From a virus, in IMG/VR virus record IMGVR_UViG_3300010160_000025, positions 32,001 through 96,000 of that record: a DNA stretch of 64,000 bases. One strand, written 5' to 3'. This document shows positions 1 through 12,400 of the stretch, in pieces. The translations under genes and the position numbers were made by a program. The notes below the pieces were generated by a model, which had not been told where the DNA came from, made no database searches, and saw only the letters and a program-made list of their open reading frames with translations. Within the stretch, counting starts at the first letter, position 1. Each line of letters begins with the position of its first letter.

Positions 1-3000
1 AGTCGGTGTTGACGCTGTTAGTGCAAATATACTTCCGCCTGCTACAGTAGATATTTGGAATGTTCCTGCTAGACCACCTGTACTTGTTGGTGTGCCTTTA
101 ACAAAATAGTATGTTCCTGCAACGATGCCGCCTGAGCTTGCACCAAATACTATAGGTTGATTTGCTGTTAAGTTTGTAATATTATCAACTGTGATAGTAC
201 CAGTACTTGTTGTACTTGTTGCTGTAACAATACCGCGTGGATAACCACTTCCCGGTTCAATCATACGAACTTCAGTAACTGCATTATTGACAATCTTGAT
301 ACGACCTTGTGCTCTTGCACCAGTTCTAATTCTAGTAGCTGTCTTACCACTTGTATTAGATACTGCTACCCAAGTTGGTACACGACCTAGTGTAGCGTCA
401 ACTGGATTACCAAATGCTAAACCTAACCAGTTGCTTGAACTTGGCATGCCTGTTGCATAGTAGGTCCAGTTTACGCCGTCTGGACTGGTTGCACATGCTT
501 GACTTGATGTTGCAATAGCTATAAACAAGCCTTGACCGTATTTAATTCTACTCCAAGTTGTTACACCGTTTGCGTACAATGGATTATTTACTGCGGTAAC
601 CCATGTGTTATTTGCGGCATATGACGGACTTGTGGTCCATGCACCTTGTTGCCAGTTAATGGTATAACAAATAGTACCGTCACTAGCTAATGCAATGAAT
701 CGGCCGTTACCGTAGGCAATACTTGCCCAAGTCTTGCTTGGCAATGTTGCACCAGCATACCATTTTGTCGGATCTGAACCAGTGAATGAACTTACGGTTC
801 CTCCAATAGCACAGAATACTCCGGCGCCGTAGGCAATATAACCATAACCGGATGAGTTAGCGGTAATGTTGCTTGATTGATCTGACCAAGTAGTACTTGA
901 CAAACTGCTTGAGCTACCTGGTGAGTATGATACTGCCACTGCTGAACTTGTTCCACCAATTGCGATATACAAGTTATTACCATACGCTAGAGATCTAAGG
1001 TTAGTTTTACCAGTATTACCAGCAGTAGACGACCATGTTGCTCCTTGGTCTGTACTGTATGCCGCAGAGTTTGTAGAAGTAGAAATAGCCATAAATGCCG
1101 CGTTTGCGTCAGTTACTGTTACTGTTGGAGTTGTTACATACCCGTAGCCTGTTTGTGATATGGTATAACCAATCACACCATAGCCTGCGGCATTTGTATT
1201 TGTATTAGCTCCAGAAACTGCTAATGTACCAACATAAGTTAATGCCACACCGTATGTACCGCTTGCTCCAACACCGCTTGCTCCATATCCAGATTTACCA
1301 TAAAATGAGTTAGTAAATGTTGGCTTAGTAGAACTAAATGTTCCGCTTCCGCCTGCTAGATAATAGTTGGTTACAGCCGGACTTACTGTTGTGTCGACTG
1401 CTGAGTAGTATGACCCGCTTGTTGCGGCGCCGCCTGAGCTCCAACCAGTGGCAGTGAACGGTGGTGCAATAGTTACTATTGGTGATGTATAGTACCCAGA
1501 ACCATATGTTGTAGCTGTAATGCTTGATAAACTGCTAGTAACTGCTGTAACTACTGGGCTTGAATATACACTACCAGTAATGATCATGTCAACTGCTTGT
1601 ATGGATCCGTTTAGTACTCGAGCTGTTGCAGTTGCTCCTGTTCCATTAGCATCTGTAATCACAATAGTCGGCGGTGTTAGATAGTTATATCCACCGTTAA
1701 CTACTGTAACACTTATAATTTGTCCTGCTACGTTAGTACCGACTGCGCCAACTACCGCAGATAGTATTGCGCCACTTCCGCCAAGCCCGCCAACTACAGG
1801 TGTAGCTACTGCATTTTGGCCGCCACCGTAAACAACTCTGCCCCAAGTAGAACTTGCATCTGTTGGTAGTGCGCCGCCTGCGGCCCATGTTGTGCCATCT
1901 GTAGTTTTTGCAGTTGAGGCAACACCTGTTGCATTTGATATAGCAACGAATGTGCCTTGACCGTATGCCACACTAGACCAAGTTGTACTAACTGCCGCTG
2001 TCATAGTGATTGCAGTACTTGTAAATCCTGGAGCAGTATATGATAGTGTTGGTTCAATAGTGTATGCTGATGTAGCATCTAACAATGGTTGAATAGTAGT
2101 GCCTGGAACAACATGATCCCATCCTGCTTCGTATACAGGAACTGCAACGCTACCACTTAAATCTGTACTTGCTAAGTTTTGACTTACACTAACAGTCCAA
2201 GTTGACCCTGCGCCGCTACCTGATTGATTAGCAACAATATATGTGTTGGCTAATATTGATCCGCCTGTTAGTAACATACCTGGGTAGATTGTACCCGATG
2301 TTAATCCGCCCACAGTTAGAGTCGTTCCAATAATGATCGACGATGTTGTTACTGCGGTAGTTGCACTAGTAGCTGTTAATGTAATACCAGTTCCAGCTGA
2401 TGCATTAGCAGCCGATGTACAAAGTTTAAATGTAGTGCCGTTTACTACGTTTGCAAAATAAACTGTTGGAGTATATACTGCTGTAGATCCCGAACCAGTT
2501 ACACTTAACCCGCCAATGGCAGCGCCCAAGTATATTGGTTGCCCTGTAAACATAGTTGCTGTACTTGCTACTGTAAATACCGTAGTTGAGTTAGTTGTGA
2601 TTGTTAGTGTTGCAAAGTTTGGTCGAACTATGTTAGCAAGTTTGCTAGACTGTGCGTAGCCGATAATATTAGCAAACTGTCCAACACCGGTACCGCCAAT
2701 AAGCTGTATTCTCATACCAATATAAGCTGAACTTAGTTGAATATCCGAGTTAGCAATCGATACTGTTCCTACGGTACCAGTTTGTGCTACGTTACTTGCT
2801 GTTAGATAGTTACTACCACCAATACCTTGACCGTTGTTTAGGTCAACTAGACGTGTTTCAAATACCGCTGAATCACGGAACTCGTCCTGTACTGTTACGA
2901 TATTATATCCTGCACCATTGATAGTTGGGATCGCATTAGTGTATGCATTACCTGCATTTTCAAATTCTAAGCGAAGAATTTTATCTGTGCTGTCAGTTAC

Positions 3001-6000
3001 TACGTTAGTAATATATGCTGGGTTAGCACGATTATTTAAGCGACCATAGATTGGTGTTTCATATGAGTCAATACCTTCAGCAATAACACCATATGTACCA
3101 TATGAACTGTTACCGTTTGTAGCACGGATACGTCCACCGTATTCTGCTAAGTAGCCTGCATATGAATAGTAGGCAAACACTGAAACAAGTTCTGTTAACG
3201 CATTTGAACCAGTACACCATACTCCAATACCGTCTGAAATAATAGTTGTATAGTCGTTAGCAACAATAGATTTGTTACCGCCAGCATGTAACGCCGCATC
3301 AATCTTCATACCACTACAACCAGCGCCAAATAGTGTCACGTTCTGTGTATATGGTGAACGATTGCTAATCCATGCGCCACTGTCCTGTGGTCCAAATCCT
3401 GCGTCAAGACTTGAATACGAACCTGCTGTAGGACGTTTGGTTCCTAGTGCATTAGGCAATGTCATTGCTCCAGAAAGACCGTTTAATGTCATATTTCTTA
3501 AACCAGTACCGTTACGTAGATGGAATAAGTCATTGGATGTTGACCCTGCTTGTGCTGCCAAGTATATTTGTACGGCTCTTGTTGATTTATAGTTACCAGT
3601 TAGTGCTAAATCATAAACTAATGCATCAATATACTGATTAGCATCACGGATACATTTTGTTGAGGACATGTAATAACTAACAGTCATAGTACCTAAACCA
3701 CCTGATAATGTTTTAGCAGTCTGCGGTCCTGTGCCAGGTACTGTTGTTGTAATAGTAAATGTTGTAGTGCTTGGTGTTGTTAATACCCAATATACTGTGC
3801 CTAGTGCAATAGAAAGATCAATAGATGACCCTGTATTACTAAACACCACTGGGTCATTTACTGTTAAGTTATGTGCTCCGCTAGTTGTAATGGTTCCATT
3901 TGACACTGTAGTGGTAACTGTTGCAGTGTATATAGATTGCACATAAGCAACCATTTCACTAGCTAAGAATGTTTTATTAGCACGGATAACTTCTGCACCT
4001 TGTATTGTAGACAATGTATTATTGTAACCAGTAACAGAACCATATGATCCTGTTGGGTTGTTCCAAGGTTGGATAGTACCGTTAGTGTTCTTATCACAAA
4101 TACCTTGATTGATTGGCATACCGGCAGTAGCTGTGGCTGTTAATCCTGTTAAAGAATTTGTAATCGTTAATGCAGTACCGCTCTTATAAGTAGCTGTAAC
4201 TGTGATACTTGTTCCGGCTGCTGGATATGTTCCAGCTGTTACACTGTTAATCCAATAGATATTACCCGGAGTTAGACCACCAGCGGCATCAAATGTTGCT
4301 GTTAGTGTTAAGCCAGTAGCATTAGTTAGTGTAATAGCTGATCCACCAAATGTTGCGGCAATGGTAATAGTACTACTTACTATTGATTGAACATAATAAC
4401 GTTGGTTAGCTACAATGCTTGAAGCTGTGCCGCTTGCCTGTGGAGCATATCCTGTAAACCAAACACGTTGTCCTACAGCTACGCCAGTGACACTTGACAG
4501 CGTAATTGCATTACTTGTAATAGCTGTTGCTGTTGTGGTAATGTTTGCTGGTAATCCAGTGAAAGTAATTGGCATGTTAACATACATGCCAGCATTAGTT
4601 GCTACTGTGATCAAGTTTGTACTTGTAGTTACGGCAGTAACTGGTATAGTTGTTCCGCTAGCTGTAATACTTGTAGTTAGAGCAAGTCCGCCGTAGATAC
4701 CATACACAACTGCTGTCATTGCTCCAGTAGCAGTACTGTTAATAGCAAATACTGATCCAAGATATGTTTGGCTAACTGTAAACTGTGTTGAGCTTAATAC
4801 TTGTTTAATATAGTATGTGCCAGCTACAAGATTACTAATACTTGTTCCTGTAAGTGTGATAACTAATCCCGGAACATATCCACTTGTACTACCTGCTGTA
4901 AGAATATTAGTATATGTAGTTCCGTTTAATACTACACTTGTAGTTACATTAATAATACTTGTAGTAGTTGAGGCTGCTGACTGATTATAGTTCAATAACC
5001 ATGTTGTTCCACTTCCTGAAACAATGCTTGTTCCATTAGCTATACCAGTTCCTGAAAGGGTCATGCCAATAGCAAGAGTTCCTACAAGAGTGGCAGCATT
5101 AACAACTAGCTGTGTGCCAGTAATGGTACCAGTAAATGTTGCTGTACTTGTAGGCTGTCCATAAATCTGTGCGACCATTTCGTCAACCACAGTTTGTGTT
5201 TGTACAACAGCACCGTTTGATGCCAATAGTTTTACACGCTCACCGATAAATCCAAGAGCGCCATATGTAGAATCTGCAAGGCTAGTATGTAATGTAGCAA
5301 CTGAAGGAACTAAACTGTTATATAAACGTCCAGATTGAATACTTTGGAAGTTGCCGCCAAACAATACGTCATATGCTAGTGCTGAAACTACATATCCTGC
5401 ATCACGGTTTGTTAATGTTAGGATAGGGCTTTCATTTTGATAGAAACGTGTGACCCATGATTGAGCATCGTTAGCAACTTCGCTTGCACGAGCTTGGATA
5501 GCATCGAACGATCCTTTATTTGCTGTGGTTGCTAGTGCATATGCTCCAGATACTATTGGAGTAATAGCTAGTGTAGAACCAGTAGCTGTTGCTGTCTGAC
5601 TTATGCTAACTGTCCAAAGCAAGTTAGAACCTGCTGTAATATAGGTGCCTACAGCAACCGATCCGCCTGTAACAATCTGTCCAATTTTAACAGTACCTGT
5701 AACAGAACTTACAGTTAGTGTTGTCCCACTGATAGTACCAGTAAATGTTGCGGCTGATGTGTCAGGAGCGCCATTGTTAATCCAATATAGTATATCAGCA
5801 ACCCGAGCCTGTGCAAATGATGCCGATACCGCAGATCCAGCTGTACCAGTTGTATATTGTGTAGTGGTGTTTCCTGTGCTACGTGTTACACTTGTCTTCT
5901 GAACAATTTGTCCAAGGATAACAGATAATCTAGATACTGCTTCTTGCACACCAAGTAGATATGGTGGAACTAATTGTGCAGTATTCAAACTGTAATATGA

Positions 6001-9000
6001 GCTTCCGGTAATCAATGATTGGCTATTACATCCATATGTCATATCATAACAGATTGCGTCAAGCATATTAGTTAAGTCGCGCAATGTTTCTGCTTTGTAA
6101 GTATCACTGTAAGAACTCCACTGTGCTGAGCCAGTTAAAACTCCATCTGTGTTCAAGAAACTTACAATTTCATCTTTGATAAACTGATAGTTAGCTTGAA
6201 TTAATGTTACTGCATCGCCATAGTTTGCTAGATATGATGAGTTATATCCAGTAACCGTTGGCATGCTGATTGCTGGTTGGTGTAACAACCCTTTTGGATA
6301 ATTTGGATTTGTTGGGCCAGTGATAACGCCGCCGCCTGCAAACATATCTTGAATAATTCTAATATTAGTTACAACAAGATTAACCGCTGATGTATTTCCA
6401 GTATCGCCTGCAGGTAATGTTTTTACCTGTGTTGCTGTGTTGCCACTAGTAGCTGTTACGGTGCTGTTGGCCACTAGGTCTGACAGTACTGATTGTACAC
6501 GCTGTAATGCCACTGCTGTTTTAGGTTTGTCGCTAACCAAATATTGATTAGCACTTGAAACTTGAACAATGGTACTACGTAACTCGTCACCAACAATGGC
6601 AGTATATGTTGGAACTACGATAGGACCGTATTCGTTGTATGTACCAGTTTTTAAATAAATTGTTGTATTTGGACGTAATAGTTGAGGGATACTTCCATAA
6701 GAGCTTGCTGATATTGAACTAGTAATAATACTTGCTAGTCCTTGTACTATTGTTAATGCACTGCTTTCAACTACAGTAGTTGCCACACCGGTAATATTTT
6801 GAATAGCTTTTGTGCTAACACCGTTTACTGTTTGATAGTTAACTGCCGGTGCTGAGTTAGACAGTACCGCAGGGAATAATGTGTCTTTTAAGTATATTAA
6901 ACTTCCTGCAAATACTGGCGCTTGTTGCGTAGTTCCTGTGCTAGTGAATGTTGTTAGTGTTTTAAAATATGCTTGTGTTGCAGTTTCAGTATATAAGTTG
7001 CCGCCGTGAGTTAAGTCAAATATAATTCCGTCAACTACTGTTCCGGTGTCGCGTTCAGCTTTGCTTTGTACGTAGTTAAAGGCTGCAACTGATGCTGTGC
7101 TACTACTAGCACTGATTGCTCGAGTTATACCAGATTGATACGCTTCGCTAATTGTAAATGTTGTTGTAGAAGGAATTGTGTTTACATAATATACAGTTCC
7201 TGCGGTTATGCCGCCGGTGGCTGCTGAGAATGTAATAGGCATTCCGTAATACATGTTAGCAGTAGTTATCTGACTAGTGGTGCTTGAGCCGCCAACAATA
7301 AATGTATTTCCGCTTCCGCTAGTGCCAGTTACATTAAATGAATAGTTAACTTGAATAAAGTTGTTAACTTCTTTCATCATAAACTGTTTGTTAAGTTTTA
7401 ATAATAATCCGGCATTGGTATTTAGATAACCGTCTTCAATTTGTCGGCAAGCATATAATAATGTTGCCCATGGTTTATCTAGTGTTAGGCCTTGTCCGTT
7501 TCCAGTAGTATCAGTACCGCTTGGAGCAACATAAACGATGTTTTGTAGTTGTCCGTAGTACGACCATGCTGGCTGATTACCATTAACACGTAGTACTTGT
7601 CCGTCTGTACCGATTGGTAAACGTACAGGACCAGTAGTACCGTAGTATACCATGTCACCTTGTGTTGTCAATGCGCCTGTATCTGCTCCGCTTGACAAAA
7701 TATTCCAATAAGTTGCAGTTGTGTCGCTAATAGGATCGTTTACACCAGTAGAACCAATGTGAACACTGATACAGATGTAACTGCTGTTTCCATAATAAAC
7801 TGCATCGCCTGCAACATAAGTAACACCTGTTTTCCAAGTTGATGCATATCCGCTAGAAACTGTAACAGTGCCAATAGGACCTGTACCACCACCGCCAGTA
7901 ATAGTTGCTACTTTAACAATTAGATCATTACCTGGAGTTGCACCGCCTAAGGCGCTGCCTAAAATCTTTAATGTATCATTGACTGTATACCCTGTTCCTG
8001 CAGTACTACCAATAACTGCTGAATATGCAGTTCCTGTGCGGGTCACAGTGAATGTTGGGCTTCCGCTGCCAGTTGCACTTACGTTTGAGCTTGCAACGTT
8101 TGTGTAGGTTGTGTTAGCGGACGATGCCCAACGGATACCAGAACTTAATTTATTCCAGTATGTAGAATATGGAGGACTTGGATTAGTTGTAGCAGTTATT
8201 GACTGACTTGTTGTAGTACTTGTTATAACAAATACTGAGCCTGCAAGCCCACTAGGTGCTGTTGCACTGACTGTAAAGTGTGTACTATCAACAATAGTTT
8301 TTACATAGTATGTTGCAGTATTGCTTAATCCGCCAACTGCTGATGCAAATGTAACAGGTATGTTAACAGATAGAACGCTTGTATTACCGCTTGTTGTAAT
8401 TTGATTAGGACGAGTTGGGTCGGTACTGATAGTTGTACCTGTAACAGTTAATGTTTGAACACTGTTATCGACAGTAGCGGCATAGGTATAACCGCCTAAT
8501 GTTACAACATTACCAATCTTATAAGATGTAGCTGAAGTCCATTCGCCAGAATATACTAGTCCAGGTGTAAATAGTTTCCAATAGGTAGTTGCTGTACTTG
8601 GATTTTGTGGGCTTGCTGATCCATTATTTACTACGGCAGTATATGTATTACCGCCATATGATACAACATCGCCTGCTAGGTAATCACTAGATGAGCTCCA
8701 TGCGCCGCCAAATTGGAATCCGTTGACAAAAATAGCAAACTTGTCTGTATCAATAGCTGTGCCGGTTGATGTATGATAAGCAGTGCAAATCCATAAGTTT
8801 GCTCCGGACTTGACAACGTCATTTATTTTATATCTTACACTGCTACCGCTCCAGTTTCCAAGATATGAAAGACTCTGATTGAATAAATCCCAGTTTGCAC
8901 TATCGGCTTCTAAGCCACTAGCGGCTGTTGAAGCACTAGTATGTTGTGTTTTACAAACGTAACTACTTCCACCGTAGTAGACTAAATCACGAACTTTGTA

Positions 9001-9390
9001 TCGTGTACTGGTTGTCCATGCACCTAACCATTTGAATCCTGCAGAGAATGTATCCCATTTACTTAGATCATCTTCTAAGTAAGTTTGACTAGTATGTGCT
9101 GTTTTACAAATGTAAACAGTTGCTCCCCAGATGACAATGTCGCCTGGATTATAATAGGTAGTACCGGCCCAGGTATTTCTCCATGTTGAACCGTCAGCAA
9201 TCAAGTTCCACTTGGTGACTCCGGGAATGCCTGCTAAATCTGTAGCAAATGCTGCCGAACTAGTATGACTTATTACACAAATGAAAGTTTTTCCGCCATT
9301 TGTAACAACGTCATCAACAACATAGCTGTGACTTGCTGTCCATGTACCCTGATACACAAACTTAATTCTACCTAATTTAAATTCTGCCAT
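1..9390 (-). CDS. Giant tail fibre/adhesin-like virion protein, >3130 aa, truncated at the window edge; paralogue of 9444..18773
   Basis: ATG at 9390 preceded by a GAGGA SD and a GATAAATA late box. Translates MAEFKLGRIKFVYQGTW... and is still in frame at base 1 (...GSIFALTASTPT). Absent from the ORF track because no stop falls inside the window. Contains N-terminal W..T.Y..GD.V..G..Y.C..HTS (CBM5/12-like) repeats, a pectin-lyase-like motif (GTY.E..P..VP....IVGDELRS) and W..(I/V)AYG.G.F.A propeller repeats. Confidence 0.85.
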   Translation of the reverse strand, partial: MAEFKLGRIKFVYQGTWTASHSYVVDDVVTNGGKTFICVISHTSSAAFATDLAGIPGVTKWNLIADGSTWRNTWAGTTYYNPGDIVIWGATVYICKTAHTSQTYLEDDLSKWDTFSAGFKWLGAWTTSTRYKVRDLVYYGGSSYVCKTQHTSASTAASGLEADSANWDLFNQSLSYLGNWSGSSVRYKINDVVKSGANLWICTAYHTSTGTAIDTDKFAIFVNGFQFGGAWSSSSDYLAGDVVSYGGNTYTAVVNNGSASPQNPSTATTYWKLFTPGLVYSGEWTSATSYKIGNVVTLGGYTYAATVDNSVQTLTVTGTTISTDPTRPNQITTSGNTSVLSVNIPVTFASAVGGLSNTATYYVKTIVDSTHFTVSATAPSGLAGSVFVITSTTTSQSITATTNPSPPYSTYWNKLSSGIRWASSANTTYTNVASSNVSATGSGSPTFTVTRTGTAYSAVIGSTAGTGYTVNDTLKILGSALGGATPGNDLIVKVATITGGGGTGPIGTVTVSSGYASTWKTGVTYVAGDAVYYGNSSYICISVHIGSTGVNDPISDTTATYWNILSSGADTGALTTQGDMVYYGTTGPVRLPIGTDGQVLRVNGNQPAWSYYGQLQNIVYVAPSGTDTTGNGQGLTLDKPWATLLYACRQIEDGYLNTNAGLLLKLNKQFMMKEVNNFIQVNYSFNVTGTSGSGNTFIVGGSSTTSQITTANMYYGMPITFSAATGGITAGTVYYVNTIPSTTTFTISEAYQSGITRAISASSSTASVAAFNYVQSKAERDTGTVVDGIIFDLTHGGNLYTETATQAYFKTLTTFTSTGTTQQAPVFAGSLIYLKDTLFPAVLSNSAPAVNYQTVNGVSTKAIQNITGVATTVVESSALTIVQGLASIITSSISASSYGSIPQLLRPNTTIYLKTGTYNEYGPIVVPTYTAIVGDELRSTIVQVSSANQYLVSDKPKTAVALQRVQSVLSDLVANSTVTATSGNTATQVKTLPAGDTGNTSAVNLVVTNIRIIQDMFAGGGVITGPTNPNYPKGLLHQPAISMPTVTGYNSSYLANYGDAVTLIQANYQFIKDEIVSFLNTDGVLTGSAQWSSYSDTYKAETLRDLTNMLDAICYDMTYGCNSQSLITGSSYYSLNTAQLVPPYLLGVQEAVSRLSVILGQIVQKTSVTRSTGNTTTQYTTGTAGSAVSASFAQARVADILYWINNGAPDTSAATFTGTISGTTLTVSSVTGTVKIGQIVTGGSVAVGTYITAGSNLLWTVSISQTATATGSTLAITPIVSGAYALATTANKGSFDAIQARASEVANDAQSWVTRFYQNESPILTLTNRDAGYVVSALAYDVLFGGNFQSIQSGRLYNSLVPSVATLHTSLADSTYGALGFIGERVKLLASNGAVVQTQTVVDEMVAQIYGQPTSTATFTGTITGTQLVVNAATLVGTLAIGMTLSGTGIANGTSIVSGSGTTWLLNYNQSAASTTTSIINVTTSVVLNGTTYTNILTAGSTSGYVPGLVITLTGTSISNLVAGTYYIKQVLSSTQFTVSQTYLGSVFAINSTATGAMTAVVYGIYGGLALTTSITASGTTIPVTAVTTSTNLITVATNAGMYVNMPITFTGLPANITTTATAITSNAITLSSVTGVAVGQRVWFTGYAPQASGTASSIVANQRYYVQSIVSSTITIAATFGGSAITLTNATGLTLTATFDAAGGLTPGNIYWINSVTAGTYPAAGTSITVTATYKSGTALTITNSLTGLTATATAGMPINQGICDKNTNGTIQPWNNPTGSYGSVTGYNNTLSTIQGAEVIRANKTFLASEMVAYVQSIYTATVTTTVSNGTITTSGAHNLTVNDPVVFSNTGSSIDLSIALGTVYWVLTTPSTTTFTITTTVPGTGPQTAKTLSGGLGTMTVSYYMSSTKCIRDANQYIDALVYDLALTGNYKSTRAVQIYLAAQAGSTSNDLFHLRNGTGLRNMTLNGLSGAMTLPNALGTKRPTAGSYSSLDAGFGPQDSGAWISNRSPYTQNVTLFGAGCSGMKIDAALHAGGNKSIVANDYTTIISDGIGVWCTGSNALTELVSVFAYYSYAGYLAEYGGRIRATNGNSSYGTYGVIAEGIDSYETPIYGRLNNRANPAYITNVVTDSTDKILRLEFENAGNAYTNAIPTINGAGYNIVTVQDEFRDSAVFETRLVDLNNGQGIGGSNYLTASNVAQTGTVGTVSIANSDIQLSSAYIGMRIQLIGGTGVGQFANIIGYAQSSKLANIVRPNFATLTITTNSTTVFTVASTATMFTGQPIYLGAAIGGLSVTGSGSTAVYTPTVYFANVVNGTTFKLCTSAANASAGTGITLTATSATTAVTTSSIIIGTTLTVGGLTSGTIYPGMLLTGGSILANTYIVANQSGSGAGSTWTVSVSQNLASTDLSGSVAVPVYEAGWDHVVPGTTIQPLLDATSAYTIEPTLSYTAPGFTSTAITMTAAVSTTWSSVAYGQGTFVAISNATGVASTAKTTDGTTWAAGGALPTDASSTWGRVVYGGGQNAVATPVVGGLGGSGAILSAVVGAVGTNVAGQIISVTVVNGGYNYLTPPTIVITDANGTGATATARVLNGSIQAVDMIITGSVYSSPVVTAVTSSLSSITATTYGSGYYTSPIVTIAPPFTATGWSSGGAATSGSYYSAVDTTVSPAVTNYYLAGGSGTFSSTKPTFTNSFYGKSGYGASGVGASGTYGVALTYVGTLAVSGANTNTNAAGYGVIGYTISQTGYGYVTTPTVTVTDANAAFMAISTSTNSAAYSTDQGATWSSTAGNTGKTNLRSLAYGNNLYIAIGGTSSAVAVSYSPGSSSSLSSTTWSDQSSNITANSSGYGYIAYGAGVFCAIGGTVSSFTGSDPTKWYAGATLPSKTWASIAYGNGRFIALASDGTICYTINWQQGAWTTSPSYAANNTWVTAVNNPLYANGVTTWSRIKYGQGLFIAIATSSQACATSPDGVNWTYYATGMPSSSNWLGLAFGNPVDATLGRVPTWVAVSNTSGKTATRIRTGARAQGRIKIVNNAVTEVRMIEPGSGYPRGIVTATSTTSTGTITVDNITNLTANQPIVFGASSGGIVAGTYYFVKGTPTSTGGLAGTFQISTVAGGSIFALTASTPT

Positions 9391-9410
9391 TTTATATCAT
9401 CCTCTGATAG

Positions 9411-9418
9411 TATTTATC
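9411..9418 (-). promoter_or_regulatory. T4-type late promoter box GATAAATA
   Basis: Matches the (T)ATAAATA gp55 consensus; upstream of the SD and ATG of the first giant fibre gene. Confidence 0.75.
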
Positions 9419-9443
9419 TTTGTTGTATTTCTTATGTTTGTAA

Positions 9444-12400
9444 TTAACGATTTCTTGCGCTTCTCATAAACATGTCTAATGCTGCCATACCGCCATCTAC
9501 TTTAGAACCAGGAATATAGACCTTATTAACCATTTTAATGTCGGATCCGACTAGTCCAGGTGCAACCGTCGATTTCATATAGTTTGGACCACCAACACTT
9601 ATTGTACCTGCAATAAAGTTACCGGTATAGGTATTTGCACCACCCTGACTTAAACGGCCTGTTAAGTAAGATTTAACTGCTCGCTGTGTCGAGATTATTG
9701 CGTCAGAGTTGGCTGCAAATGTGTTGTCTGTACTAAACTGCGTTACAACTACACTCGAGTTACCTACAGCAATACCGCCTAGACTCAATGTTTGTAGACC
9801 GGTTAGTCCAAACTGTGTTGCACTTAGGGTAACTGTACCAGTTGCCTGCTGTACTCCAAATAATCCACCAACACTAAAGTTACCGTTTTCGTCTGTGCTT
9901 GAATAGAATACGTGTCCCTGATTGGTTTCAACTGCTTGATTTTGAATTTGAGCAGTTGTAATATCAGTATATGGATAGTTAGCTGTGGCCTTATTACCTG
10001 TACCAACTAACAAGAAGTCATGGTTAGTTACACGACACTGACTATATAGTTGGCGTAACTGAATGGCAGTTCCGTGTGCCGGACTCTTTGCTGTAGTCAT
10101 CTCAGGAGACACTTGAATAGTTGCTTCAATAAACGGAGCTGTGGTTCCAAATACTGCACTTGCACTAGTTACTTTATAAATCTGACTGTTCCCTGCAATA
10201 GATAAGTTGCTGCCAACCAACGGTACTGATGCTAGATTACTGACAATCAAGTTTAATCCTATCTGATATGTATCAGCATAACCATCTCCAGTAATAGTTA
10301 CCACTGTAGACGTTGTACTGTATCCAGTTCCTCTATTGATAAATGTTGGGTTGGCTATTGCGCCGTTGCCGACTCGAGGAGTTAATGTAGCAGATACTGA
10401 TACGTTATAATCTATAAGACTGATAGTAGGAGTTGTTAGTGCTGGATCATAGTTTGAGCCAGTTTCCCATAATGACAATGCAGTGATTACGCCCGAATTA
10501 ATAGTTGGGCGGCCCTGTGCCTTTGCACCTTCACTAATCGCTGTTGCATTTCCTGATTGACTACCGTCGCCAGTTAGTGTTGCAAACACTCCAATGTTTG
10601 AACTAGTTATTCCAAATACTATTGAGTCAATACTTCCGTAAGTTAGTGTTCTATTAGTCCAAGAAATACCGTGCTCGCTTGCCCATGCCGATGTACTGTC
10701 TGAGTTAATGGCAACAAATACTCCTTGGCCGTATCTTACCTTAGTAGCAGACATATAGTTTAATGATTGGGTCCAGTTAGCGCCGTCAAAACTAATTGCT
10801 GAACGTAGACCTGTGCCAGATTGAACTGCCACAAACTTGTTATTACCAAATGACACGCTAGTATATGCTGGTGCTCCTACTGAGAATGTTAACCCACTAG
10901 GTGTACCAGAGCTTGTTGTTATAGCATTAGTACCGGCAATAGCGTGTGCATATGTATCTGATAGTACAAATGTTGATTTACCGTCAGTAGCACTGATATA
11001 GTATGTGCCGTTTGTTACTGCACCGTATGTACCGGACGGAGTTAAGTTTGCACCAGTGATAACTACCGACTGTCCAACAACTAACTGCGTGGTTGTTGTT
11101 GTGCAAGTAAACTGTCCAGCACCACCGGCAATACTAACACCACTAAGTATAACATTGCTAGTTGGTAATGTTGACAATGTCCAACTAATACCGTTGGTGC
11201 TCCATGCGCTTTGTCCGTTACTATTAATAGCAAGGAATATTCCTGAACCATATGTTAAACTAACCCATGATCCTATTGAGCTAGTGATAGCTGTACTTCC
11301 ATTAATATCATCAAAGTGCATTAACAGCATGGTATTTGCATCTGGTGTAAAGGCAAACAATGAGGGCGTAAATGTGGTTGAGTATCTAGAAACGCCTCTA
11401 GTAACTCTTACTTCGTCAATATAACCAGTAGCAAAAGTTCCTCCTGTCCGTGATGCTCCTATTACTATAGGGCGTGCCGCATAGGCATTAGCATCTGTAT
11501 AAGTTGTTGGCGTTAGTGTTCCGTTGACAAACATCCTAGTTATTCCGCTAGACCTTGATATTGCTACATGGTTCCAAGATCCTGCTGAGCAGGCCACACT
11601 AGATGTAATCTGATAAGCATTGTTGACAAATAATCTTATATTTCCAGATGTATTCATCTCTAAATAGATTGCCGCATCATTTGAGGTACTACGTTGATCA
11701 AATAGTACTTGTTGTGTACCTAATGCAGTTGGTCTCCAGAAAAATTCAATTGTAAAATCTTCGTTATTATAGGCAAAGCGTGTATCACTTGCTACAGTAA
11801 CGTAACTTGAACCGTTTAAAGATAAACTAGAAATTCCAAACTTTTGTTGTGCAGTACTTATTACCGGTGTGCCGGTTAATGTTGTCGGCGTACTGCTTGG
11901 CAAACTACTTGCTGTCCATGTTTGTCCTTGATTTGTTGAGTAGGCTGCACGAGTGTTATCGCTACTAATGGCAACAAAAGTTCCGTTGCCGTACATGATT
12001 TTACTCCAAGTAGAAGTAGAAGGTAATGAACTTTGTCTCCAGCCTAATCCGTTTGAATTAGAATATGCCGCAATAGAGGCACCACCGTTAGCTGTTCCCA
12101 ATGCTATCCAATAGTTATTTCCGTAGGCAATAGTAGACCATGCTGTTATCCCTGTTGGTAATTTTATTGAAGTCCATGTTGCCCCGTCAGTTGATGATGC
12201 ACCAATAGTACCAGTTGTTGGAATAGCTATAAAATAGTTATTTCCGTAGGCAACACTAGTAAAAGATGCTCCACCAACTAGTGATGTTGCTACTGTTCCT
12301 GAAGTCTGTGAATACGGCGGAGCCGATGCTACAGTTCTAGGTTCAATAAAGTATGCACTTGTAGAATCTAGTGATATCACTGGAGGAGTTCCTGGAGTAA

